This document shows positions 52,612-61,059 of a DNA stretch of 64,000 nt, one piece after another. The position numbers were made by a program, and so were the translations under genes. The notes below the pieces were generated by a model that saw only the letters and a program-made list of their open reading frames with translations, searched no databases and was not told where the DNA came from. How positions within the stretch are numbered: position 1 is the stretch's first letter; the number at the start of each line of letters is the position of its first letter. Origin of the DNA: a virus (Duplodnaviria > Heunggongvirae > Uroviricota > Caudoviricetes); IMG/VR virus record IMGVR_UViG_3300021255_000114, positions 103,942 to 167,941 of that record; one strand, given 5' to 3'.

Positions 52612-53421
52612 ATGCCGAAGAAAAAAGAACTAATCCATTTGTCCACGGGTGATTTAAAGGATATAATCAGGGAAGTCTTGGATGAATATTATATACCAAT
52701 AGCAACGGAAAATTTAAAGATAGATGCTGAAATTAACCTTGAAGAACCGATACAGGCATTTAAAGGCCAATATTACAAAACATTAAAAGAGGGACTTATC
52801 CAAACATATGGGATAGAAAAAACGAAGGATATTATTGTAAGAAGATTTGGTCTAAACGATAAACAGTTTAAAGTACAAATAACTAACAATGATGGGTTAG
52901 AGAGACGAGTACCAATCATAGTTCTTCCAAAAGGAGTGAACAATAGGATTATAGGTAATATAAAAAACCTGATGAATACTTGTGGCTATTCCATGACATC
53001 TAAGCAATATAGAAGAGATTTGGTTTTGCTGGTGTTTGAGGGCAAATTTGGCGAAGATGTAACCGATATTGTTAGAGAAAGATACAAATATCTATATCAT
53101 TTAACGCCACAAAAACATTTGGAGAAAATATTGAAAATGGGGTTATCGCCTAGATCAGATAATGTCATATACAAACATCCTGATAGAGTATATTTTATGA
53201 ACGGAGTTTTAGATGATAATTTAACAGATAATCAGATAGAGGTTTTTAACAACATAATTAACTCCAAACAAAGTAACGATGAATATTTCGTTTTAAAATT
53301 GTCAATTGATAAAATACCGGATAATGTCGCTTTTTATGCTGATCCTCTTACGGATGAGGGAACATACACATATGATAACATCCCACCAAATACAATTATA
53401 ACATACAAACAATTTCGATAA
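52612..53421 (+). CDS. Protein with shared N-terminal leader motif and C-terminal ART/Tpt1-like domain
   Basis: LSTGDLKDIIREVLDE; YLYHLT...I...GL.P...RVYF...NIPP. Confidence 0.6.
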   Translation: MPKKKELIHLSTGDLKDIIREVLDEYYIPIATENLKIDAEINLEEPIQAFKGQYYKTLKEGLIQTYGIEKTKDIIVRRFGLNDKQFKVQITNNDGLERRVPIIVLPKGVNNRIIGNIKNLMNTCGYSMTSKQYRRDLVLLVFEGKFGEDVTDIVRERYKYLYHLTPQKHLEKILKMGLSPRSDNVIYKHPDRVYFMNGVLDDNLTDNQIEVFNNIINSKQSNDEYFVLKLSIDKIPDNVAFYADPLTDEGTYTYDNIPPNTIITYKQFR

Positions 53422-53422
53422 A

Positions 53423-55009
53423 ATGTCAAAAAATACAAAACCTATTTTCACCGCGAGTGAAAATATGAAAAATGAATACTGCGCCAAGATTGTGCGCATT
53501 GGGGAAATGAAGGACATTGAAGGATCTGATTTCCTTGTGCAGACCATCGTTGATGGTAATAGCATCGTTATTTCCAAGGGAATGTTCGAGACCGGTGAAC
53601 CTGTCATCTATTGTATGAACGAAACCCAACTGAACAAGGAATTCCTATCAGTCAACAATCAGTTTGAAATTGGTTCTCTTGAACTAAACAAGAACGCCAA
53701 GGAGGTACTTGCCCTTATGGGTGAAGGAAAAAACGACGAGGCAAAGAAACTTGTAGGTTTTTTTAACAAACACGGTCGTGTTAAACTGATCCGCCTTCGT
53801 GGTTGCCCTTCTTACGGCTGCATATTCAAGAAGGAATCACTTGTCAATTGGGATAAGAAACTCGAGGGTGTAAACCTTGAGGATTACTTCACCGTTGATG
53901 AAAATGGATATGAGCATCCATTTGAATTCGACACAGTGGACGGCAAACTATTCATTGAGGCATATGTCCCCCCAATGCCTGAAGTTCGCCATGGACGGAC
54001 CGATAAACTTTTCCGCAAGCGTATGAAAAAACTTCAGCGTTTCAATCGTATGGTTCCGGGGCAATTTGCATACCATTATTCAACTTCACAATTGCAGGCA
54101 AATATGTGGAGATTAACCCCTATAACAGTTGTTACTATTTCAACCAAGTGTCATGGAACCAGTTCGATTAATGCTAACATTCTTACTCGTATCCCTATCA
54201 AGTTGTCAATGGTTCAGCGCCATAACAATAAGGTTATCAATCGCGAACTGAAGATGGTTGGCCGTAAGGAACAGCGTTTCTATTGGCAGCGTGAAATCGT
54301 GAAGAATCGAATCAAGTCCCTCAAGGGTAAGTATATTCAGGATTATCGTGTTGATTATGGTCCTGTTTATTCAAGCCGTGGTGTCATCAAGAATCAGTAC
54401 ATCAACAAGAATGTTACACCGGGGTTTTATGGTGTTGATATTTGGAGTGAGTACGGAGAACTTCTGAAGCCTTTTATCCCTAAGGGAATTACCGTGTACA
54501 GCGAAATCTGCGGTTATATTACCAACTCTGATAAAATGATTCAGAAGAAGTACGATTACGGGTGCAAACGCGGTGAGAACTTTATAATGCCATACCGTAT
54601 CACCTTTACCGATCCTGATGGGAATAAGACCGAATGGAACGTTAACGAGGTTTATGGTTGGACCATCAATTTAATAAAGGAACATCCTGAACTTGCGCCC
54701 CGTGTGAAGCCCATCAACATCCTTTACCACGGTACACTTGGTGATCTTTATCCCGAAATCAGTACAACTGAACATTGGCAGGAGAATGTACTTCAGGCCA
54801 TGAAGGCTGATAAAGAACACTTCGGAATGGAACTTGACGAACCACTTTGTATTAATAAAGTTCCTCGTGAGGGAATCGTCATTCGTATTGACGATGACGA
54901 AAAGACTGAAGCGTTCAAACTGAAGACGGATAAATTTTATTTTGCTGAAGGTGAAGCGGTTAGTCGTGGAGAGGTTGATATAGAAATGATGGATGGCTAC
55001 GGAAAATAA
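53423..55009 (+). CDS. ATP-dependent RNA ligase, Rnl2/DRB0094-like
   Basis: N-terminal OB-like region, KCHGTS (motif I), SEICG, REGIVIR, FKLK. Confidence 0.75.
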   Translation: MSKNTKPIFTASENMKNEYCAKIVRIGEMKDIEGSDFLVQTIVDGNSIVISKGMFETGEPVIYCMNETQLNKEFLSVNNQFEIGSLELNKNAKEVLALMGEGKNDEAKKLVGFFNKHGRVKLIRLRGCPSYGCIFKKESLVNWDKKLEGVNLEDYFTVDENGYEHPFEFDTVDGKLFIEAYVPPMPEVRHGRTDKLFRKRMKKLQRFNRMVPGQFAYHYSTSQLQANMWRLTPITVVTISTKCHGTSSINANILTRIPIKLSMVQRHNNKVINRELKMVGRKEQRFYWQREIVKNRIKSLKGKYIQDYRVDYGPVYSSRGVIKNQYINKNVTPGFYGVDIWSEYGELLKPFIPKGITVYSEICGYITNSDKMIQKKYDYGCKRGENFIMPYRITFTDPDGNKTEWNVNEVYGWTINLIKEHPELAPRVKPINILYHGTLGDLYPEISTTEHWQENVLQAMKADKEHFGMELDEPLCINKVPREGIVIRIDDDEKTEAFKLKTDKFYFAEGEAVSRGEVDIEMMDGYGK

Positions 55010-55082
55010 AATATTTTAGTTTGTTTTCCATTATGGAATTGTGTTATATTTATTTAATAATAATGTAACACAATTCTTTTTT

Positions 55083-56111
55083 ATGGCACATCCAATAACA
55101 ATAGATTATGATTTAATTAAAAATCAGTTAGACAATGGTTTATATGAGAGTTATATAAATCGGGAAATATCAACTAAAAAACTTGAAGAAATTTTAAATG
55201 TTTCAAATTCTGTACTTATGAAAGCGTTTCGTATGTTTGGATTTAAAACTAAAACAGAGTACAGGCATTCTAAAATTAAAAATGACTATTTTAAAGACAT
55301 ACACACTGAAGAACAGGCTTATATATTGGGGTTTTATTTAGCTGATGGTTCTTTAAGCAAAAAATATAATAGGCTATCTTTTTCAGTGACTAAAGATGAT
55401 GATGAAGTTCTAAAAATTATACAGTCAGCAATTGCACCCGATGAAAAAATTTTATACTCTAAAGAGAGTATGAACAAAGAAGGGTATATATCAAAACCTA
55501 TGGCTATACTTGGGTTTACCTCTAAATCTATTACGTTTGATTTAGAACGGTATGGTATAGGTAATAATAAGACATATAAAACGGATATAGACATTTCTTT
55601 TATTCCGGAAAAACTTATGATACATTTCATTAGGGGTTATTTTGACGGTGATGGTACGGTATATGCTGGTTCGGTAACGAGAAAAGTTAATGGAAAAGAT
55701 TATTTGACGGAAAATTGTAATTGGTCAATAATAAGCCATTGCAAAACACATTTACTTCAAATAAAAGATTTTCTCGAAAAAGAATATAACATTAAAGCCA
55801 ATGTATTTGACGATAGTAGGGGTAATTCACTTGTTGCTATCACAAACAAGGAAGACTTTTTGAAATTTAGAGAAATTTTATATAAAGATGCTAATTTTTT
55901 TCTAAAAAGAAAAAAAGAAAAATATTTTTCATATGAATTTCACTTGAAAAAGGTTGACAAAAAAGTGAAAGTCTTTTACAATGATGAATGGATTGAATTC
56001 AATAACCAAGCAGATGCCGGAAAATTTTTGGGGGTTACAGGAACATCAATAAGAAATTGGATTAAAAAAGGTAATAAAGCCCCATATTTAATCGTTAATG
56101 TTGATAATTAA
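55083..56111 (+). CDS. Free-standing LAGLIDADG homing endonuclease
   Basis: YILGFYLADGS and FIRGYFDGDGT; C-terminal HTH; lower GC than neighbours. Confidence 0.88.
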   Translation: MAHPITIDYDLIKNQLDNGLYESYINREISTKKLEEILNVSNSVLMKAFRMFGFKTKTEYRHSKIKNDYFKDIHTEEQAYILGFYLADGSLSKKYNRLSFSVTKDDDEVLKIIQSAIAPDEKILYSKESMNKEGYISKPMAILGFTSKSITFDLERYGIGNNKTYKTDIDISFIPEKLMIHFIRGYFDGDGTVYAGSVTRKVNGKDYLTENCNWSIISHCKTHLLQIKDFLEKEYNIKANVFDDSRGNSLVAITNKEDFLKFREILYKDANFFLKRKKEKYFSYEFHLKKVDKKVKVFYNDEWIEFNNQADAGKFLGVTGTSIRNWIKKGNKAPYLIVNVDN

Positions 56112-56285
56112 CAAACTTTAAGAATCTGGGCGTACATTATGTGCGCCTTTTTTATTATCTTTGTATCGTTGAATTAAAAAAAAAATAATATGACGATTAA
56201 AGAACACGAAAAACAATTAATTAGTGTTAATGGGCGAGAAATAAAATAGGTATAAACATCTTAAATATTATAGATAGAAATATAA

Positions 56286-56666
56286 ATGGAAGCGCAAGAA
56301 TATAAAGAAAAATTGCATGAATTGAATAATAAATTAGTACAAAAACGCTCTGAATATCTTGATGCTAAGTCTAATGTACGCGCCCTAAAGAAGGAGTACT
56401 CTTATGAAATTGTTAAAAAATACGAGCAATATATAGGTAAAAAAGTCATTATTTTTTATAAAAACTCTTTTGGGCAAGAAGTTAAAACTAACATCGGTTA
56501 TTTAAAAGAGTTCAGATGGTATGATAAGAATATGTACGTGAATGATGGTCTTTACCCGTTCCTCACCAAACCGAAGAAAGACGGTTCAAAATCCAATGCC
56601 CTATATCCAGAATGCGACAACACAAAGGCTAACGTAATAGACATAACAAGAATCGAGGTTTTATAA
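56286..56666 (+). CDS. Hypothetical protein
   Basis: 126-aa ORF. Confidence 0.55.
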   Translation: MEAQEYKEKLHELNNKLVQKRSEYLDAKSNVRALKKEYSYEIVKKYEQYIGKKVIIFYKNSFGQEVKTNIGYLKEFRWYDKNMYVNDGLYPFLTKPKKDGSKSNALYPECDNTKANVIDITRIEVL

Positions 56667-56678
56667 AAAACTGAATAT

Positions 56679-57365
56679 ATGGAAACAAATACCAAATACC
56701 CAAGGACATATCATCTGCCATTTTCACCGGGAACAAGTAGCGATGATAGGAAACTAACTCAGGAACAATTTGAAGAGTGGTTTCTTAACACACCATTGGT
56801 GGTTTCTGAAAAGATGGATGGTGAAGGGGTTATGTTTTCAAACTTAGACGTTTACAGTCGTTCACACGCTGCGCCGACAAGACACCCGTGGAGCAGAAAC
56901 CTTTGGGATAAGGATGGTTTGCTATGGAAGGTCAAGGAAAAGATAGGCCAGGATGAATATGTATATGGCGAGAATCTGTATGGGGAACATTCCATCCATT
57001 ATGATCATCTTACCTCCTATTTTTATATGTTTGCCGCAAGGGACAACGATAATTGGTATAGCTGGAGGGATGTGGAACTTATGGCTGAAATCCTCAACGT
57101 GTCCACAGTTCCGGTTCTGTTTGAAGGAACAATAAACACCGAAAAGGAATTGAGGGAACTTATTGATGATATAATGTCCAAACCGTCGACATTCGGAACG
57201 GAAAAAGAAGGTGTTGTTATCAGACATGTTGAAGCATTCCCTGTGGAATTAAATGGAGAATCCGTATTCCATAAAAACGTTTGCAAGTGGGTAAGACCGC
57301 ATCACGTACAGACAGATTCCCATTGGACAAGACATTGGAAAAAGGCAGAACTTAAACGTTATTGA
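56679..57365 (+). CDS. ATP-dependent RNA ligase family protein
   Basis: KYPRTYHLP, EKMDGE (motif I), GEN, EGVVIR, KWVR. Confidence 0.85.
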   Translation: METNTKYPRTYHLPFSPGTSSDDRKLTQEQFEEWFLNTPLVVSEKMDGEGVMFSNLDVYSRSHAAPTRHPWSRNLWDKDGLLWKVKEKIGQDEYVYGENLYGEHSIHYDHLTSYFYMFAARDNDNWYSWRDVELMAEILNVSTVPVLFEGTINTEKELRELIDDIMSKPSTFGTEKEGVVIRHVEAFPVELNGESVFHKNVCKWVRPHHVQTDSHWTRHWKKAELKRY

Positions 57366-57366
57366 T

Positions 57367-57921
57367 ATGTTAGACATAATATTTGTAAACACATTGCCTG
57401 ATATTGAGTTATTCAGGGTTATATTTAATGGTTTTGAAGACATAAACGTACTTGAAAACCCGACACACGATGATGTAACCGAACTACTCCAAGCATCAAC
57501 AAATCCGTTAATGGTCATCGGACACGGGGATCAGAACGGAGTATATGAAACAATTGTTTCGGATGACGAAAATTGTACAAGATGGTGCGGATACTGCCTT
57601 GACGGAGAACATGCTGATTTACTAAGGCAACGTATAGTAATAGGGTTATGGTGTTTTGCCGGTGAATTTGGTGACAGATATGATTTGCATGGCTTTTTCA
57701 CATCGATGTTCATTTCAAACGCAAGAGAAGCCACTCAATTCTGCATTGAAACCACGGATGAAGAAATTAACCATTATACATCGGAATTTGCTTTACAACT
57801 ACGTTCATTCCTAACGGAATCAATACCAGTGCATGAGTGGGTCGATAGATTGCAGTCGAATTGCAACAAAAACATTCCATTGGTACGTTTTAACTACGAA
57901 GCACTTGCATATTATGAGTGA
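57367..57921 (+). CDS. Hypothetical protein (GHG...WC, caspase/gingipain-like dyad pattern)
   Basis: VIGHGD...GLWCFA. Confidence 0.55.
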   Translation: MLDIIFVNTLPDIELFRVIFNGFEDINVLENPTHDDVTELLQASTNPLMVIGHGDQNGVYETIVSDDENCTRWCGYCLDGEHADLLRQRIVIGLWCFAGEFGDRYDLHGFFTSMFISNAREATQFCIETTDEEINHYTSEFALQLRSFLTESIPVHEWVDRLQSNCNKNIPLVRFNYEALAYYE

Positions 57922-58234
57922 AAATGATTTGGAATATTTCACACTGAAATCTGTTGATTCTATGACTTTTATAGAATCAGATGAAGGACAGCAAAAAATT
58001 GAAGCAATTTTTGATAAACCATTCAGGAATGTTCTTGAAGAAACATACCATATTGTTTTACATGAAACTAAACCAAATCCTCATGATGTTTATAAATTTT
58101 ACACATCATCAATTTTATATAAACTGAAAGAACCTGAATGCCCGTACGAATTACTTACTATAACGTCTGGGAATTGTGGTTTATTCCATCTTCATTGTCT
58201 CAAGAAAAAATATATTTCTGAAAATATTGAATAA
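57914..58234 (+). CDS. Hypothetical protein
   Basis: Start overlaps upstream stop. Confidence 0.5.
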   Translation: MSENDLEYFTLKSVDSMTFIESDEGQQKIEAIFDKPFRNVLEETYHIVLHETKPNPHDVYKFYTSSILYKLKEPECPYELLTITSGNCGLFHLHCLKKKYISENIE

Positions 58235-58261
58235 ACGTCAACTATCCATCATTTAATTTTT

Positions 58262-59410
58262 ATGAAAAAGATTCTTTTTTTACAGTTCGCAAATTCCTTT
58301 TATCTTCGTCATGATTCATGTGACAGATACTGGGATGCCTTCTATGACAGAAACCGTGATTTCGGATATTACAGGACAAAACACGTCTTTGAAATACCAA
58401 AGTGGATTGCTGAGATATCTTATTTCACAAAGGGATACGAGAAGAAAGTCTTCTATATAGAACATTCGATAAATGAGGCATTGAATGAAATTGAGAAAGG
58501 AGTATACGACTACGTCCTTTTCTCACTCATGAACGCAAATCAGAGTTTCATTGAGGATATAGTTATCAGATGCCCTCAACAGAAATTCATCATCGGAGGT
58601 TATAACGAAGAATATCTTCAGAATCTAAAAACAAGGTACAATAATGTTATCGTAACAGAAACGACAAAGGAAGTCGCCAATATACTAAATGTACCCTATT
58701 CATTTGGAACAGACTATACACTATTCAAAGGTGACACTGTCTTGCCTAGGCTAACAATGTCATACGGATGCCTTAACCGTTGCAAATTCTGCATAGTGCC
58801 GCATGGAAAGATAACCGATGTCGAAAGAAGATATATCGAGCAACAGGTGGATTCCTTCAAAGACCTTGAATATAAACTTATATATGTCGACGACAAGACA
58901 TTCGGACAAGCCAAAAATTGGCAAATAACATCAGAATTGACAGAACGCATCAATAACCCGAATTTCAATGGTTTCGTTGTGCAGACGACAAGCGGGATGG
59001 TGGTGAGAAATGCACCTGATTTCGTTAAACACAATGTATCGGTTGTCGAGATAGGGCTTGAAACCTATAACGATGATATATTGAAGGCATACACAAAACC
59101 GAGTTCAAATAAATTGGTTGACGAAGCCATAAAACGTGCTAACGACAATGGTTTGAAATTGATTGCGAACATTATTGTGGGTTTACCGGAAGAAAACGAT
59201 GAGACATATAAGCGTACATTCGACTATGTCATGCCGTTATTGGAGGACCAAAAGATTATTGGACTGAATCCTGCAATATACACGGACTACAACGACAACG
59301 AGAATCTCGGTGAAATAGACTTCAAACAAACGGATAAAACCGATATCCATAGGGAATGGTGGAACAAGTTCAACGAAACAGCAAGCGACATTTTAGACAA
59401 ACTAAATTAA
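58262..59410 (+). CDS. Radical SAM protein with B12-binding-like N-terminal domain
   Basis: GCLNRCKFC CxxxCxxC, IIGG, IGLET, IIVGLP.E. Confidence 0.85.
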   Translation: MKKILFLQFANSFYLRHDSCDRYWDAFYDRNRDFGYYRTKHVFEIPKWIAEISYFTKGYEKKVFYIEHSINEALNEIEKGVYDYVLFSLMNANQSFIEDIVIRCPQQKFIIGGYNEEYLQNLKTRYNNVIVTETTKEVANILNVPYSFGTDYTLFKGDTVLPRLTMSYGCLNRCKFCIVPHGKITDVERRYIEQQVDSFKDLEYKLIYVDDKTFGQAKNWQITSELTERINNPNFNGFVVQTTSGMVVRNAPDFVKHNVSVVEIGLETYNDDILKAYTKPSSNKLVDEAIKRANDNGLKLIANIIVGLPEENDETYKRTFDYVMPLLEDQKIIGLNPAIYTDYNDNENLGEIDFKQTDKTDIHREWWNKFNETASDILDKLN

Positions 59411-59417
59411 CAATACA

Positions 59418-59735
59418 ATGACAGCAGAAGAAGCAAGAAGCATCACCAAGGCCGCACTAGTCAATTATGCGCTACTCGCGAAGATAGATAAGGAAATTGA
59501 GAAGGCCGCAAGTCAAGGAAAATATCAATTAACATACGACTTCACAGATTCGTACGGATATAAGAAAACAATATCCAAGGAACAATACACCACCCTTTGT
59601 GATAGATACGAAAAATTGGGTTTCAATGTAACAAGAGGACTAATCCGGGAAGAAAACCCGTCACTGCAACTCTCATGGTACGATGACCCGAGATTCGAAA
59701 CAAACCTAAACAATACAGAAACAAACATAGATTAA
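59418..59735 (+). CDS. Hypothetical phage protein
   Basis: MTAEEAR...IEKAA..G...LGF.V...SW pattern. Confidence 0.6.
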   Translation: MTAEEARSITKAALVNYALLAKIDKEIEKAASQGKYQLTYDFTDSYGYKKTISKEQYTTLCDRYEKLGFNVTRGLIREENPSLQLSWYDDPRFETNLNNTETNID

Positions 59736-59890
59736 GGTCAAAAAACATAAAAATATAGGATAACAGATTTTTTTTACTGAATTTGCAAAAGTTTGAATTT
59801 AGCCCTATATTTATAATTAAAATATGTATTGTTGTATATACTATTTAATACGGTATTAACAATTAATTAAAATAATTCGCGCTTTACAGA

Positions 59891-60007
59891 ATGATGAACA
59901 CATACAAACATAATACAATTAATAACGGACAACCAAGTCTCTTATCATATGAACCAGGGCTTGATTGGTATCCGTATATGTGTCCGTCAGGAAATAAGCG
60001 GGGTTAA
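59891..60007 (+). CDS. Putative 38-aa leader peptide of the tRNA/ncRNA operon
   Basis: Hand-translated MMNTYKHNTINNGQPSLLSYEPGLDWYPYMCPSGNKRG*; its 3' end is complementary to the downstream terminator arm. Confidence 0.55.
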   Translation: MMNTYKHNTINNGQPSLLSYEPGLDWYPYMCPSGNKRG

Positions 60008-60055
60008 AAAGAAAAACAATTTTCCTCAATATATATTCCCCTATTTTAAGTAGAA

Positions 60056-60092
60056 GAAGCCTGACGGAGCCAACAAAACCTTCAGGTTTTTT
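60056..60092 (+). terminator. Attenuator-type intrinsic terminator
   Basis: GAAGCCTGA(C)GG / CC(T)TCAGGTTTT stem running into a T-tract. Confidence 0.7.
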
Positions 60093-60204
60093 CGTTTAAG
60101 GTGGATGTGGTTGGAAAAAAAGAGTTCTTTAACATATTTTAAGAATTAAAATGGTGGAAGTTCGAAAAAATTAAGTATCTTTGCACTGTTGAAACAAAAA
60201 ACAC

Positions 60205-60275
60205 AGGTCCATGGTGAAATGGTATCATGGCGGTCTCCAAAACCGTTGTTCCTCGTTCGAGTCGGGGTGGGCCTG
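60205..60275 (+). tRNA. tRNA-Trp(CCA)
   Basis: AGGTCCA/TGGGCCT acceptor, GCGGT-CTCCAAA-ACCGT, TTCGAGT T-loop; no encoded CCA end. Confidence 0.92.
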
Positions 60276-60419
60276 CAAGAAAAAAAGAGTTCTTTAACAT
60301 AATTTAAGAAATATTTTTGCAAAGTTTCAGAAATAAACAGTATCTTTGCAATGTTGAAATAAAACAAGTGTTGTAATTCTAATTTTAGATTGCATGAACA
60401 ACCATGAACAACAGATAAT

Positions 60420-60529
60420 GTTAGGGCGAGGGAGTGGCACGGAGGCCTAAAGAAGCCGATAAAAACTATAACCGTCAATACGTGAGCAAACGGTGATAGC
60501 ACGTTCGACTCGTGTTCTCGCGGACTAAC
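60420..60529 (+). ncRNA. tRNA-like RNA without a canonical anticodon arm
   Basis: GCACG-TTCGACT-CGTGT T-arm, GCGAGG/TCTCGC stem, outer GTTAG/CTAAC pairing. Confidence 0.5.
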
Positions 60530-60534
60530 AAAAT

Positions 60535-60617
60535 TGGGAGGTGGCCGAGTGGTTAAAGGTGACAGACTGTAAATCTGTTCTCTTCGGAGTTCGGGGGTTC
60601 GAATCCCTCCCTCCCAA
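60535..60617 (+). tRNA. tRNA-Tyr(GTA)
   Basis: TGGGAGG/CCTCCCA acceptor, ACAGA-CTGTAAA-TCTGT, variable arm. Confidence 0.93.
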
Positions 60618-60704
60618 CAAAAAAAGTTCTTTAACATATTTTAAGAATTAAAATTTGGCCAATCCAAAAAGATTAGGTATCTTTGCATTGTTGTAAAGAG
60701 AAAA

Positions 60705-60835
60705 TGTTTTGTACGCAAGTGGCTGAAGCAGGAGGTCGTTAAGGATGCGTCCCTAAAACCGCCAGAGTTTTTCCGACAAGTAGATTCGGAATTAAAAAAG
60801 TTACTCTCACGTTGGTTCGAATCCAACCAAAACAG
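60705..60835 (+). tRNA. Atypical tRNA-like gene with expanded anticodon loop and variable arm; identity unclear
   Basis: TGTTTTG/CAAAACA acceptor, D-loop AAGTGG, GTTGG-TTCGAAT-CCAAC T-arm; 131 nt. Confidence 0.6.
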
Positions 60836-60907
60836 CAAAATAAAAAAAGTTCTTTGAAAGTTGCAAAAATAGATATACAAATAGTATATTTGAATTGTAA
60901 AAAATAT

Positions 60908-61059
60908 TGCGGGGTGGAGCAGTGGTAGCTCGCAAGGCTCATCTACGGAGAAAACCGATTATAAATCACAGTTTCTGCGTCAGGAAGAGTGACAAAGTGG
61001 TTCAATGTCCACGGCAGAGACCAACCTTGAGGTCGGCGGTTCGAATCCGTCCCCCGCTA
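60908..61059 (+). tRNA. Initiator tRNA-fMet(CAT) interrupted by an 80-nt insertion (60943-61022)
   Basis: TGCGGGG/CCCCGCT acceptor with 1:72 mismatch; CAAGG-CTCAT[insert]AA-CCTTG; AGGTC; GGCGG-TTCGAAT-CCGTC. Confidence 0.88.

Larger units (their letters stand above)
60115..60900 (+). promoter_or_regulatory. Repeated spacer units, each with a boxA-like motif and a TAnnTTTG promoter
   Basis: GTTCTTTAACA at 60124, 60289, 60626 and GTTCTTTGAAA at 60849; TATCTTTGC at 60176, 60341, 60678; TAGTATATTTG at 60882. Confidence 0.7.

Noticed and set aside
1-59735. Alternative genetic code (TAG reassigned, as in Lak and some crAss-like phages)
   Set aside because: Conserved genes are full length in code 11, and TAG falls at natural ends (primase, sigma, cca, metK)
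60115-60700. CRISPR array
   Set aside because: Repeats are ~80-bp imperfect promoter/boxA spacers separated by tRNAs; no cas genes in the window
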